Assembly (NCBI GenBank): GCA_963708075.1
Contig: OY970194.1
Coordinates: forward strand, 3,392,001-3,456,000
Reading direction: 5' to 3'
Length of the DNA: 64,000 bases
Source of the DNA: Sedimentisphaerales bacterium
Lineage (GTDB): Bacteria > Planctomycetota > Phycisphaerae > Sedimentisphaerales > Anaerobacaceae
The position numbers and the translations under genes are program-made. Below, one piece after another: positions 51,194 through 60,462 of the stretch; within the stretch, counting starts at the first letter, position 1, and every line of letters starts with the position of its first letter. Below the pieces are notes generated by a model. The model searched no databases. It was not told the origin of the DNA and saw only the letters and a program-made list of their open reading frames with translations.

Positions 51194-52705
51194 ATGGCGG
51201 AAGAAAAACAAGAAACGACACCCGAGACGAACGAGGAAACACAGCAGGCCGAGGAGCCCAGGACCTCGAAGAACACCGTAACGATCGAGGATGCCGGCCC
51301 CTGCAAGAAGAAGATTGTCGTCGAGGTTCCGGAGGAAACGATCAAGGATATGGCGGACGAGCAGTACCGGGACCTTCGCCGCGAAGCCATCTTGCCGGGC
51401 TTCCGGAAAGGCCGGGCCCCTCGCCGGCTCTTGGAGAAGCGATTCGGCAAGGAGACCAGCGAGCAGGTTAAGCTCAAGATTCTCGCCGAGGCCAGCGAGG
51501 CGGCCATCAAAGACAAGAAGCTGGACGTGCTCACCGATCCGGATGTCGATTACGAGAACGTCAAGGTGCCTGAATCGGGCCCGATGAGGTTCGAGTTTGA
51601 GGTCGAGGTCCGGCCGGAGTTTGAGCTGCCGGCGCTCGAAGGCATCCCGGTCACACGGCCCAAGCTGGAGGTGACCGATGCGCAGGTTGATCGGGAGATC
51701 GAGCAGCTTCGGCGCTGGTCCGGCCTGTGGGTGCCGAAGGAAGATGGCACCGTCGAACAGGGCAACGAGGTCGTCGCGGACGTCCGGCTGAACGTGCATC
51801 TGACGGATGAAGAAAAGGCCAAGCAGACCGAGGCGGCGGAAAAAGGCGAGGAGGCCCCTCCGATTGGCATCCCCGAGTCGGAGACCAAGCTGGACAATAC
51901 CGAGATTCACGTCCGGCCGAACGGCTTCGTCGGGGCCGTGCCCGTCGCGAAACTCGATGAGCTGCTGATTGGAGCCAAGGCCGGCGACAAGAAGACCGCC
52001 ACCATCGAAGTGCCCAAGACGTACTTCCGCGAGGAGTACCAGGGCAGGACGGTGGACATCGAGATCGACGTCAAAGAGGTCAAGTATCTCAAGCCCGCCG
52101 AGATGGACGAGCAGTTCCTGCAACGATATCGCGTGGAGAACGAGCAGGAGCTTCGCGACCGCATCCGCGACAACCTGCAGGCCCAGCTCGAATCGCAGAT
52201 CCGGAGCGATATGAGCGAGCAGGTTTATCAGCATCTGCTCGGCAATACGAATTTCGACCTGCCCGTGGATATCGTCGCCCGCCAGGCGGGCACGATCCTG
52301 CAAAGGCAATATATCAATCTGCTCTCCCGCGGCCTATCGCGGGAACAGGTGGACGAGCAGATGGAACAGCTCCGTGCCGGCAGCGAGGAGCAGGCCAGGC
52401 AGCAGCTCAAGACCTTCTTCATCATGGATAAGGTCGCCGAGAAGTTCGATATCGATGTGACCGACGAAGAAATCAACGGCCACATCGCCCAGGTCGCCAT
52501 CCAGCGAGGCCAGCGCCCGGAGAAACTGAAGGAGCAGATGGAACGCGACGGCTCACTCGCCCAGTTCCGCCTCGACATCCGACAGAGCAAATGTATCGGC
52601 AAACTGCTGGAGTCGGCGAACATTACCGAGCAACAGGACGAAGAAAAGGCAGCCAAGCCCAAAAAAGGAAAAAAGAAAGCGGCTGAGGAAAAGGCCGAAG
52701 AGTGA
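51194..52705 (+). CDS. tig: trigger factor
   Basis: LPGFRKGRAP ribosome-binding motif, FEFEVEVRPEF, FKBP-like and C-terminal domains. Confidence 0.93.
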   Translation: MAEEKQETTPETNEETQQAEEPRTSKNTVTIEDAGPCKKKIVVEVPEETIKDMADEQYRDLRREAILPGFRKGRAPRRLLEKRFGKETSEQVKLKILAEASEAAIKDKKLDVLTDPDVDYENVKVPESGPMRFEFEVEVRPEFELPALEGIPVTRPKLEVTDAQVDREIEQLRRWSGLWVPKEDGTVEQGNEVVADVRLNVHLTDEEKAKQTEAAEKGEEAPPIGIPESETKLDNTEIHVRPNGFVGAVPVAKLDELLIGAKAGDKKTATIEVPKTYFREEYQGRTVDIEIDVKEVKYLKPAEMDEQFLQRYRVENEQELRDRIRDNLQAQLESQIRSDMSEQVYQHLLGNTNFDLPVDIVARQAGTILQRQYINLLSRGLSREQVDEQMEQLRAGSEEQARQQLKTFFIMDKVAEKFDIDVTDEEINGHIAQVAIQRGQRPEKLKEQMERDGSLAQFRLDIRQSKCIGKLLESANITEQQDEEKAAKPKKGKKKAAEEKAEE

Positions 52706-52725
52706 TATCAGTAAAGGATAGCCAC

Positions 52726-53373
52726 ATGTCCGAGCGATACGCAATGAGAGAGATTCAACGAAACCACGACGTTTACGACCAGTACACGCAATACCAGCGT
52801 TACCGCCAGATGAGCCTGGACGACATGCTGCTGGAGAACCGCATCGTCTTCCTGATCGGCGAGATCAATTACGCCCGCGCGGCGGAAGTGATCATGAAGA
52901 TGCTGTACCTGGACAACCTCAAGCGAGGCCGGGAGATCAGCCTCTACATCAACTCACCCGGCGGCACGGTGGATGACACGATGGCGATCTACGACACGAT
53001 GCAATTCGTGGGCTCGCCCATCGCCACCTACTGCATCGGCCGGGCCCAGTCCGGCGGGGCCGTGATCCTGGCCGCGGGTACGAAGGGCAAACGCTTCGCC
53101 CTGCCCCACGCCAAGATCATGCTCCATCAGCCCTGGGGCGGCGTCACCGGCCAGGCCTCCGACATCCAGATTCAGGCGGAAGAAATCCTGCGGGCCAAGC
53201 AGACGATCAATCGGATCCTGGCCAAGCACACCGGCCAGCCTCTCGAAAAGATCGCCGAGGAGACCGAGCGGGACCGCTACATGGGCGCCGAGGAGGCAAA
53301 GCAGTACGGCCTGATCGACGAAGTGCTCCACGAAGAAGAGAAGAAGACCGAAGAGACGAAGGAAAACAAGTAA
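52726..53373 (+). CDS. clpP: ATP-dependent Clp protease proteolytic subunit
   Basis: LYINSPGG, CIGRAQSGG, IMLHQP, ERDRYM. Confidence 0.93.
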   Translation: MSERYAMREIQRNHDVYDQYTQYQRYRQMSLDDMLLENRIVFLIGEINYARAAEVIMKMLYLDNLKRGREISLYINSPGGTVDDTMAIYDTMQFVGSPIATYCIGRAQSGGAVILAAGTKGKRFALPHAKIMLHQPWGGVTGQASDIQIQAEEILRAKQTINRILAKHTGQPLEKIAEETERDRYMGAEEAKQYGLIDEVLHEEEKKTEETKENK

Positions 53374-53375
53374 TA

Positions 53376-53463
53376 GATTTATGATTTACGATGGGTGCCT
53401 CTGCCGATCCCATGACGCGGACGCCAAGTCAAACTGTAAATCGTAAATTGTAAATCGTAAATC
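53376..53463. repeat. inverted heptamer arrays (GTAAATC)n between the clpP genes
   Basis: GATTTATGATTTACGAT (53376-53392) and GTAAATC GTAAATT GTAAATC GTAAATC (53436-53463). Confidence 0.88.
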
Positions 53464-53475
53464 ACGAATGGGAAC

Positions 53476-54114
53476 ATGCCGATGCTCATGCAAGAGACTT
53501 TTGTACCGATTGTCATTGAAAAGACCGGGCGAGGAGAGCGGGCGTACGACATCTATTCCAGGCTCCTGAAGGATCGAATCATCTTCCTCGGGGGAGGTGT
53601 CACCGACGCCAGCGCCAATATCCTCATCGCCCAGATGCTGTTCCTGAGCAATGAGGACAGCAAGAGCGACATTCACTTCTACATCAACTCGCCGGGCGGC
53701 TCGATCACCGCCGGCCTGGCCGTCTACGATACGATGCAGTTCCTTCGCTGCGACGTGGCGACCTACTGCATCGGCCAGGCGGCCAGCATGGGAGCCGTGC
53801 TGATGGCCGGGGGCAAGAGCGGCAAGCGATTCCTCCTGGCCAACAGCAGGATCCTTCTGCATCAGCCCCACATCATGGGCGTGCTCGAAGGCCCGGCGAC
53901 TGACCTGGACATCGAGGCCCGGGAAATCCTGCGGCTGCGCACCCGGATCTATCACATCCTCGCCAACCACACGGGCCAGCCGCCGGCCAAGATCGAGAAG
54001 GACTCGGACCGCAACCTGTGGCTCAGCGCCGAGGAATCGATCAAGTACGGGCTGGCCGACCGGATCCTCCAGAAGGCCCCCGAGATCATCAAGAACGAGC
54101 AGGGGCAGCAGTAG
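53476..54114 (+). CDS. clpP: ATP-dependent Clp protease proteolytic subunit, second paralog
   Basis: [46 protein letters not shown]. Confidence 0.96.
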   Translation: MPMLMQETFVPIVIEKTGRGERAYDIYSRLLKDRIIFLGGGVTDASANILIAQMLFLSNEDSKSDIHFYINSPGGSITAGLAVYDTMQFLRCDVATYCIGQAASMGAVLMAGGKSGKRFLLANSRILLHQPHIMGVLEGPATDLDIEAREILRLRTRIYHILANHTGQPPAKIEKDSDRNLWLSAEESIKYGLADRILQKAPEIIKNEQGQQ

Positions 54115-54132
54115 CCGCGAGTGGGGAAACTC

Positions 54133-54777
54133 ATGAGGCGCAAATCGAACAGATCATACAGGTCCTGTGGATTCCATGGGACCTGTATGTTTTTGACGCT
54201 CGCCGCGGTGCTTCTGGCCGGCTGCGGGATCGGCAGCGAGAGAAAGCACCCGGCAGAGTTGACGGCCGAGGCTTTACAGCGGGAGAAGGCCGAGGTCGCC
54301 CGCAATCTCGAACAGTGCCAGGTCGAGAACGAGCAGTTGCAGCAGCAGGTCAAGGCGATGACCGCCCTGCCGAGGGACAGCCGCGAGAATCCCTACAAGC
54401 TCACCCGCGTTCGGATCTCCGGGCTCACGGGCTTCTACGACAAAGACGAGGACGGCAGGCGGGAAAAGCTGCTCGTCTATCTTCAGCCTATCGACGAGAA
54501 CGGCGACATCGTCAAGGCCGCCGGGACCGTGCACGTGCAACTATGGAACCTGGAGGACCCGAACAGCCAGGCGCTCATCGGCCAATGGCAGGTCCAGCCG
54601 GCGGAGCTGCACAAGCTCTGGATCAGCGCGCTGGTGTCCGAATACCGCATTCCCTTTGGCGTGTCTCCGACACCGGCGCTCCTGGCCCGGCCGCTCACGG
54701 TGAAAGTCACATTCACCGACTATCTCACCGGCGACATCTTCCGCGACCAGCACGTCATCCAGCCGCGACCCCGGTAG
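54133..54777 (+). CDS. hypothetical lipoprotein with short coiled coil
   Basis: LLAGC lipobox; coiled coil, then beta-rich domain (VYLQPID..GDIVKAAG). Confidence 0.7.
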   Translation: MRRKSNRSYRSCGFHGTCMFLTLAAVLLAGCGIGSERKHPAELTAEALQREKAEVARNLEQCQVENEQLQQQVKAMTALPRDSRENPYKLTRVRISGLTGFYDKDEDGRREKLLVYLQPIDENGDIVKAAGTVHVQLWNLEDPNSQALIGQWQVQPAELHKLWISALVSEYRIPFGVSPTPALLARPLTVKVTFTDYLTGDIFRDQHVIQPRPR

Positions 54778-54988
54778 AGACGCGACATCTCCCGATTTTT
54801 ACGGCTGCGCCCCGTTCGGGTCGGTCGGCCAGTGGAACACATCTTGCTCTACGCTGGCAGGATAGAACGGAACATCGCTTTTCCTCCCGTTTTGAACTGA
54901 GACTCCGTTACCGTTCGCACTTTGCGCGAATCTTCGGGCGACGAGCCCGTTTGCATCCTGCTGTATAGACGCTCCCCAGTCTGAAACG

Positions 54989-55750
54989 TTACACCCCTGC
55001 GGACCGGCCGAGGACGGCGGCAAATCGGCCGCAGGCGTCGCCTTCACGCCGGTGGCTGGGGAATAGATCGTTGCGACAGAGCGTGCAAATGCCCGCCACA
55101 TGAATGGAGCCGGGCTCAAGACCGGCCCGCGTCAAGGCATCCGTGTTTGCATGCCATAGATCGAAGCGGAACTTCCCATGGGACCCGCGACGGAAAAACT
55201 CTGCCGCGTGAGGACCGATCCCCTGAATGGCCGTTGCGTGGACTTCGTCACCGACCTCGTAGCACTCCGGCCCGGCGGATGGGCAGATGCACGCCACCAG
55301 GTCGCTCGGATCGCAACCCATCTCGACCATCTGGCGCACAACCTTCGGCGTGATCCCTGCCACGGTCGCCCGCCAGGAGGCATGGGTGAATCCTACGGCC
55401 CGCCCGCGCCTGTCGGCGATCAGCACGATGGGGCAGTCGCCGCTCTTGCCCATCAGCGCCAGCCCCTTCGCCGTCGTCACCAGTCCATCCGCATGCCCGG
55501 CACACCCGCCCCGCTCACAAACCAGAACCTCGCCCCCGTGCACCTGTTCCAGGAAGGCCACGTCTTCGAAGCCGAGCACGCGTGCGATCTCCCGCCCCGC
55601 CGCAGCCGGATCGTGCCGGACCCGTTGCACATCCGGCCCCTGCCGCGTCGTCACAAGATGAGCGACACCGATGGCCTCCAATGCGGCAAACCGACCCACC
55701 AGCCACCCGTTCGACAGCCCCTCCAGCCGAAAGCCCCCATTCGAATCCAT
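54989..55750 (-). CDS. pgeF: YfiH/PgeF family (peptidoglycan editing factor/purine nucleoside phosphorylase)
   Basis: TTRQG, QVHG, ADGLVT, GDCPIV, HASWR, CYEVG, CTLC...FPSHRR. Confidence 0.88.
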   Translation of the reverse strand: MDSNGGFRLEGLSNGWLVGRFAALEAIGVAHLVTTRQGPDVQRVRHDPAAAGREIARVLGFEDVAFLEQVHGGEVLVCERGGCAGHADGLVTTAKGLALMGKSGDCPIVLIADRRGRAVGFTHASWRATVAGITPKVVRQMVEMGCDPSDLVACICPSAGPECYEVGDEVHATAIQGIGPHAAEFFRRGSHGKFRFDLWHANTDALTRAGLEPGSIHVAGICTLCRNDLFPSHRREGDACGRFAAVLGRSAGV

Positions 55751-55921
55751 TCGCGCCTCAACGATCCCAGTCCAGATACCACTTATCAGCCATGAGAACC
55801 TGCCTTGCACATCATACGCAAGAAAGCACCTCCCGCCAACACTGGATATGTTCATGTCACTGTGCTCTTATTGCATCTGTGCGAGATTGCGGCTTGCCAA
55901 GCGGAGGGTGGTGTATAGAAT

Positions 55922-56992
55922 ATGGCGATGCGCGAATGGATGAACCAGGTGCTCTGTGGAGACTGTGTCGATATCCTGCGAGCGGCGAAAGAGCCGTTCG
56001 CGGATCTGGTCTTCGCCGATCCGCCGTTCAACATCGGGTACAAGTACGACAAGTATCACGACGAGAAGGCCAGCGACAAGTACCTTGCCTGGACGCGGGA
56101 CTGGATCGGGGCGTGCGTCCGCGTGCTCCAGCCGCATGGATCGTTCTACATCGCTATCGGCGATGAGTACGCAGCCAATATCAAGTTGATCGCCGACGAC
56201 TGCGGGCTCGTGATGCGCAACTGGATCATCTGGCATTACACCTTCGGCCAGCAATTGAAACGCAAGTTCGCCCGCTCGCACACGCATATCTTCTATTTCG
56301 TAAAGGACGCGAAGAACTTCGTGTTCAATGATGGGATGGTGCGCGTCATTTCGGACAGGCAGAAGAAATATAGCGACAGGCGGGCCAACCCGGCGGGCAA
56401 GATGCCGGACGACGTGTGGAATGAATATCCCCGCGTCTGCGGCACGTTCCGCGAGCGGACGGGCTTCCCCTGCCAGATGCCCGAGAGCCTGCTGGCGAGG
56501 ATTATCCGCGCCAGCTCGAATGAGGGCGACTGGGTGCTCGACCCGTTCTGCGGCTCCGGCACCACCGCCGTTGTCGCTCACAAGCTCAATCGCAGATTCA
56601 CGACCGTCGATCTCTCCGAGGAATACGTCGAGGCGGCACGGAAACGAGTCGCGGAATCGGAAGGCCTCAGTGATGTAGGTCGTGCGTCCTCGCACGACAT
56701 TTCCGGCGAGCGGAGACGCTGCAAAGAAGGGTTGCCGGACTGGCCGGAGCATGCGGATGCCGAGCTGCGATGGCTCTACAGTGAGAACAAAGTCCCGTTG
56801 CGTCAGCTCTGCGCGAATCGCATGCTGCTGTCGCTGCTCACGAAGAAACTCAACGCGCGACTGCAGAAGACGCGGCATTACACTCCGGAGGAGGTCGATG
56901 AGCGGCTGGGCCTGCTCGATAAAAGCGGCAAACTCAGTCCTCTCGATAAAATAAGCGGACCACAACTGGGAGCATTGACGATTGAAGAATAG
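55922..56992 (+). CDS. orphan amino-DNA methyltransferase (beta class) with C-terminal extension
   Basis: FADPPFN catalytic motif precedes VLDPFCGSGTT SAM-binding motif; no adjacent endonuclease. Confidence 0.9.
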   Translation: MAMREWMNQVLCGDCVDILRAAKEPFADLVFADPPFNIGYKYDKYHDEKASDKYLAWTRDWIGACVRVLQPHGSFYIAIGDEYAANIKLIADDCGLVMRNWIIWHYTFGQQLKRKFARSHTHIFYFVKDAKNFVFNDGMVRVISDRQKKYSDRRANPAGKMPDDVWNEYPRVCGTFRERTGFPCQMPESLLARIIRASSNEGDWVLDPFCGSGTTAVVAHKLNRRFTTVDLSEEYVEAARKRVAESEGLSDVGRASSHDISGERRRCKEGLPDWPEHADAELRWLYSENKVPLRQLCANRMLLSLLTKKLNARLQKTRHYTPEEVDERLGLLDKSGKLSPLDKISGPQLGALTIEE

Positions 56993-58814
56993 GACGTTCT
57001 TCCTTTCGGTATTGGCGCTGGCGCTCAGCGCCGGGATGCTGACGGTCATCCAGTCGCCGACGGACTGGTCGTTTCTGGCGTGGATGGCGTATGTGCCGTT
57101 CGCGCTGGCGTGCACGCCCCGGATTCCCGGCCGGCGGCTGGCGTTTGTGGCGTTCGGCGTCGGTTTCCTGTATTGGCTGGGCAACATCTATTGGATCACG
57201 CCGATCACGCTGATCGGCTGGACGGGGATGGGCTTTTACCTGGCGTTGTTCTGGCCGCTGCTGGCGATTCCCGTACGTTTCTGCCGGACGAAAGGCATCC
57301 CGATGTTTCTGGCGCTGCCGATCCTGGTGGTCGGCGTGGAGCGGCTGCACGGTTTTCCGATGGGTGGGTTCTTCTGGCGGTTCCTCGGCCACAGTCAGTA
57401 TGCGAATCTCGCGGTGATCCAGGTCGCCGACCTCGTCGGTGCGGCGGGCGTGTCCTTTGTCATCGCGATGGTCAACGGCCTGCTGGCAGATCTCGCCATA
57501 TTCTGGAGGTCCGGCAGACTGCGGAACCACGATAGCAGCAAGCACCACATCCCGTACGGGCTCGTGCTGGGGCCTGTGGCGACTGTCGTCGTGGTCGCCG
57601 CGGCGGTCGGTTACGGGCAATGGCGGCTGCAGCAGACGGGGGAATACCTCAAGGAAGGGCCCCGGGTGGCCGCCCTGCAGTCCAACGTGCCGCAGTCGGT
57701 CAAGCGGACCTTCAGCAAGAGCGGGCAGCTTTTCGACGACCTGATGGTCCATAGCAAGGCCGCCGCCGGAACGGGGGTCGAGTTGATCGTCTGGCCCGAG
57801 ACTATGGTGCAAGGCCTGCTGGACCCGAGGCTCTGGCCGGCGCTCACGGGAAGCCACGACGATGACAAAGCCTTCCATCAGGCCTTGTGCGATCACGCCC
57901 GGAACAACGCCTACCTGCTCGTCGGAGCCCTGGGCGGACAAGTAATGCGAAACCCCGCCGGCGAACTGTACCTCGGCGGCTACAACTCGGCCTATCTCTA
58001 TCGCCCGGATGGGACGCGGGACCCGCAGCGATACGACAAGATTCACCTCGTCCTTTTCGGCGAGTATATCCCCTTCCGGCGAAGCATCCCCTGGGTCTTC
58101 GAGCAACTGGGCAAGTTTCTGCCCGAAGGCTATAACCCCGATTACTCGCTCGAACACGGGAAGAACTACACGATCTTCGAAATGACGGATTCCGCCACGG
58201 CTGACCAAGAGCAGCATGGGCTAAAGCCCATCCTACCTGACGCTGCCGCCGCAACCAATCCGCAATCCGCAATCCGCAATCCGCAATCGGATCAGGCCCC
58301 GCCCTACCGCTTCGCGGTGATTATCTGCTACGAAGACACCGTCCCCTACGTCGCGAGGACATTCGCCCTCGACGACCAGGGCCGCAAGCGAATCGACTGG
58401 CTGGTCAACATCAGCAACGACGGCTGGTTCGTACGGTTCATGAGGAATCCGGAGCGGGTGGTCCCCAGCACGGAGTTGCCCCAGCATGCGGCGATTTGTG
58501 CCTTCCGGGCCGTGGAGAACAGGCTGCCCATCCTCCGCAGCGTCAACACGGGGATCAGTTGCCTGATCGAGTCCACCGGCAGGATCCGGAACGGCTACCT
58601 TGCGGCCAGCGATGGATTCCCCGCCAAGGCCATGGACAGGACCGGTCTGACTGGATGGTTCTCGGACAAAATGCCGATAGATACACGGGTGACCTTCTAC
58701 AGCCGGCACGGCGAATGGTTCGCCAATGGCTGTTCGGCGGTCCTGATCGCGATTGTCGTCGGGCCGTGGGCCCCCCGGCTCATCCGCCGGAGATCCTTGA
58801 AGGCCGCCCGCTGA
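56982..58814 (+). CDS. lnt: apolipoprotein N-acyltransferase with repeat-derived insertion
   Basis: LQSNVPQ, IVWPET, YDKIHLVLFGEYIP, IICYED, NISNDGWF, RAVEN, NTGIS. Confidence 0.93.
   Translation: MKNRTFFLSVLALALSAGMLTVIQSPTDWSFLAWMAYVPFALACTPRIPGRRLAFVAFGVGFLYWLGNIYWITPITLIGWTGMGFYLALFWPLLAIPVRFCRTKGIPMFLALPILVVGVERLHGFPMGGFFWRFLGHSQYANLAVIQVADLVGAAGVSFVIAMVNGLLADLAIFWRSGRLRNHDSSKHHIPYGLVLGPVATVVVVAAAVGYGQWRLQQTGEYLKEGPRVAALQSNVPQSVKRTFSKSGQLFDDLMVHSKAAAGTGVELIVWPETMVQGLLDPRLWPALTGSHDDDKAFHQALCDHARNNAYLLVGALGGQVMRNPAGELYLGGYNSAYLYRPDGTRDPQRYDKIHLVLFGEYIPFRRSIPWVFEQLGKFLPEGYNPDYSLEHGKNYTIFEMTDSATADQEQHGLKPILPDAAAATNPQSAIRNPQSDQAPPYRFAVIICYEDTVPYVARTFALDDQGRKRIDWLVNISNDGWFVRFMRNPERVVPSTELPQHAAICAFRAVENRLPILRSVNTGISCLIESTGRIRNGYLAASDGFPAKAMDRTGLTGWFSDKMPIDTRVTFYSRHGEWFANGCSAVLIAIVVGPWAPRLIRRRSLKAAR
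58214..58288. repeat. RAYT-type REP plus (CAATCCG)4.7 heptamer array inside lnt
   Basis: GCATGGGCTAAAGCCCATCCTAC (58214-58236) and CAATCCG x4 + CAATC (58256-58288). Confidence 0.92.
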
Positions 58815-58873
58815 TATTGGCAACATGGTGGGGCAAGCCGCAATGGACTGTCATCTTGAGCGAAACAAGGCCC

Positions 58874-58951
58874 GGTGCCATGCTTACGCTTGCGTAAGCA
58901 TGCTTTTCTTTCGAGGTGAAGCATGTCTACGCAGGGTGTAGACATGGCACC
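58874..58951. repeat. GGTGCCATG-type inverted REP doublet
   Basis: GGTGCCATGCTTACGCTTGCGTAAGCATG and CATGTCTACGCAGGGTGTAGACATGGCACC. Confidence 0.82.
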
Positions 58952-59018
58952 CGAACCCACGCGTAGCTCTGAATATCGCTATGGGATGACGGCAAGGGAA
59001 TGTCAGAGAGGTACTGCG

Positions 59019-60026
59019 ATGGCTCGGATCGGTTGGTTCTTGGGAATGACGGCTCTTGGTATGGCGATGCTCCCTATGCTCGGGTGCGAGCAGCCAAAGG
59101 AGTCGCCGTGGTCGTTGTCGCCCCCCCCATCCGCTAGCGGAGATGTGCCGTCGCAGGCCGAGCAGATCCTACTCGATGGGCTGGCGGACCCCAATCCCCA
59201 AATCCGGGCCAATGCCGTCGAGGTCGTGGTCACCACGCGACAGGTTCGCTTCATGCCGCGGGTACAGAAACTGATGCGTGACGAGACGGTCCCCGTCAAG
59301 TTCCTCGCCATCATGGCCGCAGGCGATCTCGAATACACGATGGGTAAGAACGACGTCGCCCAGTTCGTGAACGACCCGAATCCGAACATCAGGATGGCCG
59401 CTGCCTACGCCATGATGAAGCTCGGCGACACGCAATTCTTCAGGGTCTTTCGCGACCAGGTGACCAGCGAGGACCAGACGGTGCGGGCCAATGCGGCCAT
59501 GCTGCTGGGCAAAAGCGGCCAGAAGGACGCTGTTCGCTTTCTTTATTGGGCCTTGCAGCGCCCCGACTCCAGCGACAAAGTGGTTCTGCAGGCCCTCGAG
59601 TCCATTGCCATGCACCACGATGAGCGCATCTACCCGAAACTCTGGTCGCGACTGATCAGCGCGTATGCCGACGACCGGCTCCTGGGCATCCGGGCGATGG
59701 GCGCCCTCGGCACGGAACAAGCCAAAAACGCGATCATCACAATGCTCGACGATAACGTCGCCGAGGTTCGCCTGGCGGCCGCCGAGCAGCTCGGCAAGAT
59801 GGGAGAGCCCATCGGCGAGGCGAAAGTCGCCGAAGTATTCGAGAAAAACCTGCTTTCCGAGATGGATGCCGAGAGCCAGTTCCGGATCAAGGTGCTCAGC
59901 GCCCTGGCCATTGGCGAGATCGGCTCCGAGTCCCTCAACAAGCATCTGCCCCCACTGCTCCAGGACCCCTCAAAGCCCGTGCGATTAGCCGCCGCCAAGG
60001 CCGTCCTGCGGCAGATGGCCAAGTAG
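59019..60026 (+). CDS. HEAT-repeat lipoprotein
   Basis: MLGC lipobox; repeated D....(I/V)R..AA..LG units. Confidence 0.85.
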   Translation: MARIGWFLGMTALGMAMLPMLGCEQPKESPWSLSPPPSASGDVPSQAEQILLDGLADPNPQIRANAVEVVVTTRQVRFMPRVQKLMRDETVPVKFLAIMAAGDLEYTMGKNDVAQFVNDPNPNIRMAAAYAMMKLGDTQFFRVFRDQVTSEDQTVRANAAMLLGKSGQKDAVRFLYWALQRPDSSDKVVLQALESIAMHHDERIYPKLWSRLISAYADDRLLGIRAMGALGTEQAKNAIITMLDDNVAEVRLAAAEQLGKMGEPIGEAKVAEVFEKNLLSEMDAESQFRIKVLSALAIGEIGSESLNKHLPPLLQDPSKPVRLAAAKAVLRQMAK

Positions 60027-60053
60027 AGGGACAGTAGCAAGGCCGGAGGCATG

Positions 60054-60111
60054 GTTTGTAGTGTGCCCGTAAGGGCATATAAAAAAAACGCCTTACGGCG
60101 TCACTACGAAC
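60054..60111. repeat. GTAGTG-type REP doublet (REPIN-like)
   Basis: GTTTGTAGTGTGCCCGTAAGGGCAT...ACGCCTTACGGCGTCACTACGAAC; inverted near-copy of 46576-46628. Confidence 0.85.
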
Positions 60112-60274
60112 GCGGTTGACGATGCCAAGCCGATATGCCCGACTCCAACGGACTGATCTTAAGAGCGTGGGACGTCCTCATCAAGTTTGACCGGGCCCCC
60201 CTTCTGTGTCTATCCACATTCGCCTACCATCCTCTGTTTTGCTTGGCATATTTGGGCTGTTTAGGAAAAATAAC

Positions 60275-60319
60275 TTGACCTTTGCAGAGCAGAAGCGTAA
60301 AATTATGCTATGCAAAGGT
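60275..60319 (+). promoter_or_regulatory. sigma70 promoter overlapped by a 14-bp inverted repeat
   Basis: TTGACC-17 nt-TAAAAT (60275-60303); ACCTTTGCAGAGCA / TGCTATGCAAAGGT (one mismatch). Confidence 0.6.
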
Positions 60320-60462
60320 AGTATCGGGATTTGGGCAGGATTAGTGAGCGTTATTACCCTGGGAGGCCCACTGAACAGTCCTTTTTCGACTGCGCCCAAC
60401 GTCCGATAGAATAACGTGTTATGGAACTGCCAGAGCGTTCCGTTTGGAGAAAGGAGCCTGTC

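Noticed and set aside
54778..54988. Gene or ncRNA between the lipoprotein and pgeF
   Set aside because: No convincing ORF, RBS or stable structure recognised
58923..59018. N-terminal extension of the HEAT protein
   Set aside because: The upstream ATG lies within a REP arm; ATG 59019 has an RBS-like GAGAGG and begins the signal peptide
60210..60218. DnaA box / replication origin
   Set aside because: Single 8/9 match (CTATCCACA), no cluster and no dnaA context
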